NCBI GenBank assembly: GCA_938040365.1
Contig: CALHXU010000013.1
Coordinates: 1-60,466 of the forward strand
Direction: 5' to 3'
Length of the DNA: 60,466 bases
Origin: an uncultured Acidimicrobiales bacterium
Lineage (GTDB): Bacteria; Actinomycetota; Acidimicrobiia; Acidimicrobiales; SHLQ01
Every line of letters begins with the position of its first letter. Within the stretch, counting starts at the first letter, position 1. The position numbers were made by a program, and so were the translations under genes. Below the pieces are notes generated by a model. It had not been told where the DNA came from. It worked only from the letters and a program-made list of their open reading frames with translations, and searched no databases. Below are positions 52,837-60,466 of the stretch, in pieces.

Positions 52837-53871
52837 TTAGTTCTCAATTGTCCAGACCTCCGCGTTTGGCCAGAAGGTGGCGACGTCGTCGGGGAACGAG
52901 GTGAGGGCCGGGAGGATGTCCATGATCTCGGTTATCGGACCACCGAGCGGCAACCCTCGCGCTGGATCAAACGTGGTGCCGGTAACGGTGTCGACCAACA
53001 CATCGCCCTCCACTGCCAGCTCGACAAGGTTGTCACCAACCCGTCGCGAGAACACGTTCCAACTCTGCGGGCTCGTTGGATCACTTACGACGGCGATCTC
53101 GACACCGGCGACGACATCGTTGACCACGTTTACTCGCCGTAGATCGGCAACCGGATAGGACCGAGCCTCGGCGCCGAAGTCGACCACGATATGAAAGTCG
53201 CCAAGATCAAACCCGGAGTTACCGCCGGGCGCGTCGAGTGCGAGCGAATCTGGATGGTCGGCAAGCCACGCGGACCACGTCGTGAACTGCGATGGCAACA
53301 ACTCGACCGTGTCGCCCTTGCGAGGCCCAGCGATTGCCTCACCAGTTGGCTGGCTCCAGATGCTTCCAGTGTCGTGATCCCACCAGGTCATGGCGTTTCC
53401 CCACAGGGCTCCGTGGACGCCAAAGACCAGCGTGTCGTCTCCCAACGTGCGGCGATGAACCATCGCCGTTGCGCACAACGGTCACCAACTGACGAGTATC
53501 GGTTCGCCGCCGACATCATCGACGACTAACTCTCTGCCTCCGAGGAAGCTGACCGGATAGGCCTTTGCCTCACCGTTGATCTCGACACCGATCACCTCGG
53601 TGCCGGCAGGCCACGGGCTCTCGAAGGCCCGCACGAACGTCGGCTCATAGATCGGCGAGATGCCATCTCGCGGAAGCAGCTGGCGAAATCCCTCGGGTAG
53701 GTCCTCACCCGCAACGACCGGGTCATAAACATCTGCGGGGTTCGCCCGCACCCCCGACGGCAATGCGGTTTGCGAGGAACTTGCAGAGAACGCCCAGCCG
53801 GTGAGCGCAATGAGCGCGACGAACATCGCGCCGAGCACAACCGGTGATGGACCTTCGACCTTCCGCGGCAC
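52837..53871 (-). CDS. exported DUF3179 domain protein interrupted by one in-frame TGA (candidate selenocysteine codon, or pseudogene)
   Basis: Track ORFs 53482-53871 and 52837-53478 are in the same frame, separated only by a TGA (53482-53484) and one Pro codon. Together they form one DUF3179 domain (GVEINGEAKAYP ... FGVHGALWGNAMTWWDHDTGSIWSQ) behind a signal/TM segment. GTG start at 53869-53871. Confidence 0.6.
53442..53481 (-). other. SECIS-like stem-loop immediately 3' of the in-frame UGA
   Basis: mRNA: UGA-CCGUUGUGC-GCAAC-GGCGAUG-GUU-CAUCGCC-GCACGUUGG. The upper stem is 7 perfect bp with a GUU loop. The lower stem has 9 positions (6 WC, 2 GU, 1 UU) with a 5-nt 5' bulge between the stems. 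Confidence 0.45.
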
Positions 53872-53874
53872 TTC

Positions 53875-54831
53875 TCAGACCTTTGGTGGCGTTCCGTTAC
53901 CGAACGGACGGCCGCCGAGCGCTTCGCGCCCGTGTGGCGTGTTCAATCCCGAAGTGTCAGGGCCCTTTGGGGTGACGCCGGTCGGGTTGATACCGGTGTG
54001 CACTTCGTAATAGTGCGCCTTGATGTTGTCGAAGTCGATCGTGTCACCAAAGCCGGGCGTTTGGTAGAGGTCGCGCAGGTAGCCGTAGAGCGCTGGCATC
54101 TCCGAGAGCTTGTTGCGATTGCATTTGAAATGGTTGTGATACACCGCGTCGAAACGGATCAACGTCGTCCAGAGCCGGATATCGACTTGGGTGATGGTGT
54201 CGCCAACCAAGAAGCGCTGGTTCGTGAGTCGGTCCTCGAGCCAATCGAGACGGGCAAAGAGTGCGTCGTAGGCCTCCTCGTGTGCCGATTGGCTCGACGC
54301 AAACCCGCTCTTGTACACGCCGTTGTTGACGTCGTGAAAGATAAGGTCGCTCACCTCGTCTATTTCAGCACGATGTTCGTCGGGCCACAGGTCGGGTGCG
54401 CCTTCCCGGTGGAACGCCGACCATTCTTTCGAGAGGTCTTCCTCAATCGATGGGAAGTCGTTGGTGACCACCGAGGTGGTGGGAAGGTCGACGATTGCGG
54501 GAACGGTGATTCCTCGGGGGTAGTCGGGAATTCGATTGAAGAATGCTTCTTGGAGCTTGTGGATGCCCATGACCGGGTCGAGACCGTCGGGGTCGAGGTG
54601 AAAGTTCCAGCTCGACGCGTCGTGGAGCGGTCCGGCGAGCCCGACCGAAATCGCCGACTCCAGCCCCAACAGCCGATGGGTGATGAGTGAGCGGTTGGCC
54701 CACGGGCACGCGTGCGCGACAACCAACCGATACCGGCCCGCTTCGACCGGCCATCCGTCGCTGCCATCGACGGTGATGCGGTCGGGGATGTAGTTCATAT
54801 CCCGGTCAAACTTGCCTTCGGTCTTTGCCAT
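53875..54831 (-). CDS. glutathionyl-hydroquinone reductase (Xi-class GST, YqjG/ECM4-like)
   Basis: GRYRLVVAHACPWANRSLITHRL carries the CPWA active-site motif of GS-HQRs. 318 aa. The stop is 3 nt before the DUF3179 start. Confidence 0.85.
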   Translation of the reverse strand: MAKTEGKFDRDMNYIPDRITVDGSDGWPVEAGRYRLVVAHACPWANRSLITHRLLGLESAISVGLAGPLHDASSWNFHLDPDGLDPVMGIHKLQEAFFNRIPDYPRGITVPAIVDLPTTSVVTNDFPSIEEDLSKEWSAFHREGAPDLWPDEHRAEIDEVSDLIFHDVNNGVYKSGFASSQSAHEEAYDALFARLDWLEDRLTNQRFLVGDTITQVDIRLWTTLIRFDAVYHNHFKCNRNKLSEMPALYGYLRDLYQTPGFGDTIDFDNIKAHYYEVHTGINPTGVTPKGPDTSGLNTPHGREALGGRPFGNGTPPKV

Positions 54832-54906
54832 CTCGCCACTCTCTTCGTTCAGCTGGAGTGGTCAACCCGGTATGTGCCGGATCCATGCCCGATGTGAAGC
54901 ATTAAA

Positions 54907-54978
54907 TTCATGCTTTCAGCATGCGAGTAATTCATGCTTTCAGCATGCGAGCACTTCATGCCTTCAGCATGCGAGCAC
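54907..54978 (+). repeat. 3 x 24-nt tandem repeat, each unit with palindrome CATGC-N5-GCATG
   Basis: TTCATGCTTTCAGCATGCGAG+3 nt at 54907 and 54931, and 54955 (one substitution). Located between the decarboxylase stop and the GST start. Confidence 0.9.
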
Positions 54979-54990
54979 TTCCCAGCTCAG

Positions 54991-56520
54991 CTACAGCGCT
55001 GCTCCCCCGGCTCGAATGGCATCGAGGAGCGCATCGACGTCGGCGGTCTGCAGCGTTGGGCTCATGGCGATCATGCGGAAGGTATTCAGTCCATGGATCG
55101 GCTGGTAGCCAATCATGCCCGAACCGTCTCGTTGCATACCTGCTTTGATCTTCGGCGGAATCGCGTGCAGTCGTTCGCGATCGGCATCGCTCAGCGCAGC
55201 AACATCGAGCTCCCCCGCGTCGGTGCGAGGAAGATCGCGTAAATCGCTCGGCAACCATGCAAAAACGCAGCTCGTGAATTCCCCGGTCACGACCGGGACC
55301 AACTCGCCGTTACTCTCGGCGATCCGTTTGCGGGTGTGCTCGATCATGTTGAACGCGTGATCGATACGAGCCTCGAAGCCTTCGTCGCCGCGGAACTTCC
55401 ACGACAGCCACAACTTCAATACGTCGATCCGTCGGGCGCACTGAAAGGTGCGGTCGCCCGAGTCGAACTCGCCGAAGAGCTTGTCGGACTGAAAGAGGTA
55501 GTCGGCCTTCGCTGCGAAACACGGCGCGAGTTGGGTCGGGTCTTTGACGAGCAGTGCAGTGCACTGCTGGGTCATGCCCATCATCTTGTGCAGGTTCCAC
55601 ACAAATGAGTCCGACCGCTCGACACCGGCCATGAGGTGCTCGTGCGTTTTTGAGAACAGCGCCGAACCGCCGTAACAGCCATCGACGTGGAGCCACAGTT
55701 GGTGGGCCTCACAGATATCAGCGAGTGCATTGAGGTCATCAAAGGCGGTCGTCACGGTGGTACCCGATGTGGCGATCACACAGAACGGCGTCTGGCCGCC
55801 AGCTTTTGCGTCTTCGATAGCCGCCGTGAGAGCGGCCGGGATCATTCGGCCCGACGCATCGGCGTCGACTTTGATCACCGCATCGCTACCTATTCCGAGG
55901 ATCGCTGCGGACTTTGCTGCTGCATAGTGACCGCTTGCCGAAACGAACAGCACGAGCCGATCACCATTCGCGCCCGCAGTAGAAATGTCGGGCTGGTGAC
56001 GGTGACGAGCGAGTTGCAGACCGAGCAAGGTCCCCATCGAACCACCAGCCGCAAAGATGCCAGGTGGCAAAGCCGGGATGTCGCCTTCGACGGGAACCTC
56101 ATCTGCATCGACGTATCCCGCTATGCGACCGAGCTTAGAGAGCACCGCTGCCTCCATCAGCGTGAACACCGGAGCTACCTCATAGGTTGCGCCGGTCGTG
56201 TTGAGCACTGCACCGAGGTAATCGCCGACCACCGAGATCGGGTCGGGGCCCGCAAAGTTCTGATTCACAAAGCGCGGGTGGCTCGTGTGCATCGAGTACT
56301 CGATGATCTGTTCGACGGCGTGGAGCAGATCATCTGGCTCCGCTGGCTCAGATGTCGAGCTGAACGGCAGGCCGACCGAGCCGGCAAACTCGGCCAGTAA
56401 CTCGGTGGGCGACGCCAGCGAGATCACCGGATCGGAATCGCTCGGCGGGTCGAGCAAATAGTCCGATGCCCGCTGGAGCGCTCCCTCGAGAAATGCTGTT
56501 TCACTCGGGTGCAGTGTCAT
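54991..56520 (-). CDS. group II PLP-dependent decarboxylase (GAD/CSAD-like)
   Basis: HPRFVNQNFAGPD, the PLP-lysine motif NLHKMMGMTQQCTALLV and DSGDRTFQCARR resemble glutamate/cysteine-sulfinate decarboxylase-like enzymes. ATG at 56518-56520. The 690-aa track ORF over-extends into the next gene. Confidence 0.8.
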   Translation of the reverse strand: MTLHPSETAFLEGALQRASDYLLDPPSDSDPVISLASPTELLAEFAGSVGLPFSSTSEPAEPDDLLHAVEQIIEYSMHTSHPRFVNQNFAGPDPISVVGDYLGAVLNTTGATYEVAPVFTLMEAAVLSKLGRIAGYVDADEVPVEGDIPALPPGIFAAGGSMGTLLGLQLARHRHQPDISTAGANGDRLVLFVSASGHYAAAKSAAILGIGSDAVIKVDADASGRMIPAALTAAIEDAKAGGQTPFCVIATSGTTVTTAFDDLNALADICEAHQLWLHVDGCYGGSALFSKTHEHLMAGVERSDSFVWNLHKMMGMTQQCTALLVKDPTQLAPCFAAKADYLFQSDKLFGEFDSGDRTFQCARRIDVLKLWLSWKFRGDEGFEARIDHAFNMIEHTRKRIAESNGELVPVVTGEFTSCVFAWLPSDLRDLPRTDAGELDVAALSDADRERLHAIPPKIKAGMQRDGSGMIGYQPIHGLNTFRMIAMSPTLQTADVDALLDAIRAGGAAL

Positions 56521-56560
56521 CTCCCGAGTCTTGCATCGTTTCGTTCCGACGCCGTACACC

Positions 56561-56604
56561 AAAACAGAACGAACGCCCGCCCCTGGGCTAGGGAGCGGGC
56601 GTTC
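56561..56604 (-). terminator. intrinsic terminator after the M50 protease gene
   Basis: On the minus strand, a GAACGCCCGC / GCGGGCGTTC 10-bp stem (56571-56580 with 56595-56604) is followed by GUUCUGUUUUGG. Confidence 0.6.
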
Positions 56605-56624
56605 GCCTCTGGAGAGCTTCTGAG

Positions 56625-57725
56625 CTAGTGGGCGGCGCTCAAGAAGCCGTTGAGGGCGACGTAGCCAACTTGTTGGCCAATCTCGTCGTAGACCAACACG
56701 TGGTCTTTTCCAGAGTTCCGGGCACGTTCGAGGATGGTCTCCATCTGTTCGCCGACTCGGGCGCTCGTGAACTGATCCCAAGGAACGATGAGTTCGGCGA
56801 TGAACACGTGCGGGCGCTCTTCGGGTCGGGTCGTGTGAACCGAGATCGAGCTGACGATACCGCTCGGCCCGTTCGGGCCAGCGATTGGGAACGCCACCGG
56901 CTTGTCGTAGGCCCCGCTTAGCGCTTCGAGACCCGAGACCGTGATGCCACGGTTGATCGGAGCGACCAGTGGTTGCATCGAGGCTCGCAGATCGGCGGTC
57001 GTGACCCGCTCTTGTCGCTCGGCTCGTTGGCGTTCGTGCCGGGCGCCGTTGCGAATGAACCATCCGAGGAAGATCGTGATGAACCCGTTGCCACCGATGA
57101 AGAACAGCAGGAGACCAAGGCCCATGAAGCCAGTACCGACGACCTCACCGGCCTTTGCTGCGTTTGCTCGTGCGGTGTTCTTGTTCCCCGACCTCCACCA
57201 GAGTGCGGCGGCGAGTACCCGTCCGCCATCGAGTGGTGCTGCGGGCAACATGTTGAAGATGGCGAGGCCGATGTTGACGATCGACAGGTACCCCAAGATG
57301 AAGGTGAAGAGTGTTCCACCGACCATTGGTGAAGCGACGAGCCAGAGGCCACCGAACAGCGCACCGAGGGCGACGCTCACGGCCGGACCGGCAATGGCGA
57401 TGCGGAATTCAGCACCGGGGTTGTCGGCCTCTTTGTCGAGGAGAGCAACACCTCCGAGGAACCAGAGCGTGATCGCGTTGACCTTGATCCCGTTCCGCTG
57501 GGCGACGAGTGCGTGGCCGAGCTCATGGGCGAGAATCGAACCGAAGAAAAGGAAGATTCCGATAGATGCTGCGATCCAATAGCTCGATGTAGAAGCGCCG
57601 GGAACCGCTGCTGGCAAGATGCCGGCTGCAAGGTTGAAAATATAGAAGGCGGCGATGAGCAAGAGCCCCCAGTTGAGTCCAACAGGGATTCCGGCGATCG
57701 AACCTAGACGAATCGATTGCCTCAT
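56625..57725 (-). CDS. site-2 protease family (M50) metalloprotease with C-terminal CBS pair
   Basis: HELGHALVAQRNG zinc motif, multiple TMs, NMLPAAPLDGGRV, and a C-terminal CBS-like region. ATG at 57723-57725. Confidence 0.85.
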   Translation of the reverse strand: MRQSIRLGSIAGIPVGLNWGLLLIAAFYIFNLAAGILPAAVPGASTSSYWIAASIGIFLFFGSILAHELGHALVAQRNGIKVNAITLWFLGGVALLDKEADNPGAEFRIAIAGPAVSVALGALFGGLWLVASPMVGGTLFTFILGYLSIVNIGLAIFNMLPAAPLDGGRVLAAALWWRSGNKNTARANAAKAGEVVGTGFMGLGLLLFFIGGNGFITIFLGWFIRNGARHERQRAERQERVTTADLRASMQPLVAPINRGITVSGLEALSGAYDKPVAFPIAGPNGPSGIVSSISVHTTRPEERPHVFIAELIVPWDQFTSARVGEQMETILERARNSGKDHVLVYDEIGQQVGYVALNGFLSAAH

Positions 57726-57874
57726 GATCGGGTCACATCTCTTTCTTGTGTAGGAGCCCATTTCGGGCCGTGTATCGGGTGTGATCTTTTGGGTATTGCG
57801 TCTGTACTAGAAGAAACAATCCGAGATGCTCAAACGTTCCAACGCCCGGAGAACGACTTGAAAACTCGACTAAA

Positions 57875-59146
57875 GTGGCCGCTATGGCCGGAAACCAACC
57901 GCCTCGAGTTGTGATCGTCGGCGCCGGTTTTGGCGGGCTTGCCGCAGCGAAGAAGCTGGCCGACCAACCGGTGGAAGTCACCCTCATCGATCGCAACAAT
58001 CACCACCTGTTTCAGCCGCTCCTCTACCAGGTCGCAACCGCCGGGCTGAACCCGTCCGATATCGCTGCGCCGATCCGCAGCATCCTCGCCAAGCAAGAGA
58101 ACTGTCGGGCGCTTCTCGCTGAGGTCACCGGCATCGACAAGGAGTCACAACAAGTCCTGACCTCGGTCGGACCATTCGACTACGACTACCTCATCCTCGC
58201 GACCGGAGCCACCCATGCGTACTTCGGCAACGACCACTGGGAGGAGCACGCTCCTGGACTGAAGTCGATAGAAGATGCGCTCGACATTCGTCGCCGGATC
58301 TTGCTCGCATTCGAAAAGGCCGAACTCGCCGAGTCCGAAGAAGAACGAGAGCGGCTGATGACCTTCGTGGTCGTCGGCGCCGGTCCGACCGGAGTCGAAA
58401 TGGCCGGGGCAATCCGCGAGATCGCGACCCGCACCCTGAAGAAAGACTTCCACCGGATCGACACGACCACCCAAAGCCAGGTCATCCTCATCGAAGCTGG
58501 CCCGTCGGTACTGCCGCCGTTTCCGCCGAAGCTCCAGCGGTCGGCGACCGAACAGCTCTTCCACATGGCGGTCGACATCCGAACCGACACGAGGGTCACC
58601 GACATTACCGATGCTGGTGTTACGACAACGATGGGATTCATCCCCGCCGAGACCGTTGTGTGGGCTGCGGGCGTCGCCGCTTCGCCGCTCGGACGCGAAC
58701 TCGCCGATGACTGCGATCGATCCGGGCGCTGCCCAGTGACCGCCGACCTCAGCATCGATGGCCACCCGAACGTGTTTGCGATCGGCGATGTGGCCTCGGT
58801 CGTCGATGCCGAGAGCAAAGCCGTTCCCGGCGTGGCCCCAGCCGCCGAACAAGGCGGCGAACATGTCGTTGCCTGCATCGCAGCCGACCTCGAAGGTCTG
58901 CAGCGTCCCACCTTCATCTATAAGGACAAGGGCTCGATGGCGACGATCGGTCGGTCGAAGGCTGTCGCGATGATCGGTAACAAGATCCAATTCGGCGGCA
59001 CGGCCGCGTGGGCACTCTGGGGCCTCGTCCACGTCGCATCGCTCATCAGCTTCCGCTCAAAGGTACGAACCATGTCGAGTTGGATATGGCAATACCTCAC
59101 CGACCAACGCAACGCCCGCCTCATCACCGGCAACGACGAGCTGTAA
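57875..59146 (+). CDS. ndh: type II NADH dehydrogenase (NDH-2)
   Basis: VVIVGAGFGGL and VVVGAGPTGVE dinucleotide-binding motifs, FAIGDVAS, and a C-terminal membrane-association helix. Confidence 0.85.
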   Translation: MAAMAGNQPPRVVIVGAGFGGLAAAKKLADQPVEVTLIDRNNHHLFQPLLYQVATAGLNPSDIAAPIRSILAKQENCRALLAEVTGIDKESQQVLTSVGPFDYDYLILATGATHAYFGNDHWEEHAPGLKSIEDALDIRRRILLAFEKAELAESEEERERLMTFVVVGAGPTGVEMAGAIREIATRTLKKDFHRIDTTTQSQVILIEAGPSVLPPFPPKLQRSATEQLFHMAVDIRTDTRVTDITDAGVTTTMGFIPAETVVWAAGVAASPLGRELADDCDRSGRCPVTADLSIDGHPNVFAIGDVASVVDAESKAVPGVAPAAEQGGEHVVACIAADLEGLQRPTFIYKDKGSMATIGRSKAVAMIGNKIQFGGTAAWALWGLVHVASLISFRSKVRTMSSWIWQYLTDQRNARLITGNDEL

Positions 59147-59198
59147 CACCAGCGCCTTCGGCGCTGCGCGAGCAGCAACACCAGTGGCTTTGCCACTG
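59144..59198 (+). repeat. two AACACC-headed 7-bp hairpins after ndh
   Basis: TAACACCAGCGCCTTCGGCGCTG (59144-59166, includes the ndh TAA) and CAACACCAGTGGCTTTGCCACTG (59176-59198). No U-tract follows either one. Confidence 0.9.
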
Positions 59199-59429
59199 CG
59201 CAATCACGCAGCTTTGCCGAAACTCCAGTGGCTTCGCGATAACACCAGCCACTTTGCTTCTTGTGAAAGTTCGTGATCAAGGGCCTCCCGATGGTTGCGA
59301 GACATCGGACACATTGCTACCGTTGTGCCTGTTCCGCATCGTGGGCGTGTTCCACAATGCGGAACAGGTGAATCTGTCGCAACGATGCTGCAGACCACTT
59401 AAAACTCAGCAGAAAACAAGGGGCCCCTA

Positions 59430-60466
59430 TGAGCTTTCCATCCGACCTTGAAATCGCCCAAGGCGCCGAACTTCGGCCCCTCTCCGAAATTGCCGATAAC
59501 GCCGGAATTCCTTCGGAGAATCTCGAGCCCTACGGCGTCGGTGCCGCAAAGGTCCAGCTCGAAGCAATCCCAAAGATGGCCGACCGCCCCGACGCAAAGT
59601 ACGTCGTCGTTTCGGCAATCACCCCAACGCCACTCGGCGAAGGCAAGACCACGACCACGGTCGGTCTCGGCCAAGCGTTCCAGCACATTGGCAAGTCGGC
59701 AACTATCGCCATCCGTCAGCCATCGATGGGCCCAACCTTTGGCATCAAAGGTGGAGCTGCTGGTGGCGGGTACAGCCAGGTCGTTCCGATGGAACTGTTC
59801 AACCTGCACCTGACCGGCGACATGCACGCCGTCACCGCAGCACACAACCTCTGCTCGGCAATGCTCGACGCCCACCTCTACCACGGCAACGAAACCGGCA
59901 TCGACACCAACAACATCACCTGGCGACGGGTACTCGACGTCAACGACCGTTCCCTTCGAAACGCCGTCATTGGCCTCGGTGGACGACTCGATGGTGTGCC
60001 CCGCGAGACCGGCTTCGACATCACCGCAGCCTCTGAAGTTATGGCAGCACTCGCCTTGTGCACCAGCCTCCAAGATCTCCGCGTTCGCATGGGCCGCATC
60101 GTGCTTGGCTACACCAAGGACGGCACGCCGGTTACCGCTGAAGAGATCGGCGCTGCCGGCTCGATGACGGTGATCCTGAAGGAAGCCATCAAGCCAAACT
60201 TGATGCAAACCCTCGAAGGCACCGCAGCCCTCGTGCACACCGGCCCGTTCGGAAACATCGCAACCGGCAACTCATCGATCGTCGCCGACCAAATCGGCAT
60301 CAAGACCGCCGACTACCTCTTGACCGAAGCCGGATTCGGCGCCGACATGGGCGCCGAGCGGTTCTTCAACATCAAGTGCCGCTACTCGGGCATCGCCCCA
60401 GACGCTGCCGTGCTTGTCGCAACGGTCCGCGGGCTCAAGGCACACAGCGGCAATCACAAGATCGTC
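59430..60466 (+). CDS. fhs: formate--tetrahydrofolate ligase (partial, runs off the right edge)
   Basis: Not in the ORF track because it is open-ended. The ATG at 59430 gives MSFPSDLEIAQGAELRPLSEIA...ITPTPLGEGKTTTTVGL...RQPSMGPTFGIKGGAAGGGYSQV, which is classic Fhs. Confidence 0.9.

Noticed and set aside
53482-53484. Treating the two DUF3179 halves as two independent genes.
   Set aside because: Neither half is a complete domain. They are in the same frame and 6 nt apart. The second has only a TTG, or an ATG 15 nt further in, and no RBS-like sequence. The gene is either recoded or a pseudogene, not two genes.
56521-57063. N-terminal 181 codons of the 690-aa ORF (54991-57063).
   Set aside because: The region overlaps the M50 protease gene out of frame and is Arg-rich with no homology-like features. 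The decarboxylase signature starts at MTLHPSE (ATG at 56518-56520), just after a strong terminator.
59147-59429. ZTP (pfl) or THF riboswitch upstream of fhs.
   Set aside because: I could not find the conserved cores, for example GACUGGCG / CCGGGC / CCGCCUGGGC for ZTP. Only CCGCAUCGUGGGCG is present, and it does not fit. The region is kept as an unclassified structured leader instead.

Overview
High-GC (roughly 60%) bacterial chromosomal segment. Gene content and order look actinobacterial, possibly Acidimicrobiia-like, but that is inference only. About 58 tightly packed protein genes are present, mostly core housekeeping. They include hisS-aspS, rel divergent from ppx/gppA, the ruvC-ruvA-ruvB-queA-tgt-yajC-secD-secF block, cspA, class I fumarase and pyrC. 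Also present are a gcvT-gcvP-gcvH-methyltransferase operon behind a tandem glycine riboswitch, modABC, ndh and fhs. The rest are transporters (ClC, MFS, a cation-chloride-cotransporter-like APC protein, two CNNM/CorC proteins, DUF808) and a protease-MoxR-DUF58-VWA-VWA operon. I saw no rRNA, tRNA, CRISPR array, integrase or prophage. The long ORFs antisense to or out of frame with these genes are ordinary high-GC shadow ORFs. Four things deserve a second look. (1) An exported DUF3179 gene is interrupted by one in-frame TGA, apparently where homologs have the first Cys of a CPLC motif, and a stem-loop with bacterial-SECIS-like architecture follows directly. It is either a candidate new selenoprotein or a fresh pseudogene. 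It is probably co-transcribed with a Xi-class GST. (2) A lone IS200/RayT-like Y1 transposase is bracketed by inverted doublets of a perfect 21-nt repeat (REPtron-like cassette). (3) Several families of short intergenic repeats or hairpins abut or contain stop codons. One is an AACAC-plus-7-bp-hairpin family whose stems differ between copies but stay complementary. (4) Unexplained tandem repeats lie in the gcvT-gcvP spacer (2 x 47 nt) and upstream of the GST gene (3 x 24 nt palindrome-containing units). All functional calls rest on motif recognition by eye, and no database search was run.
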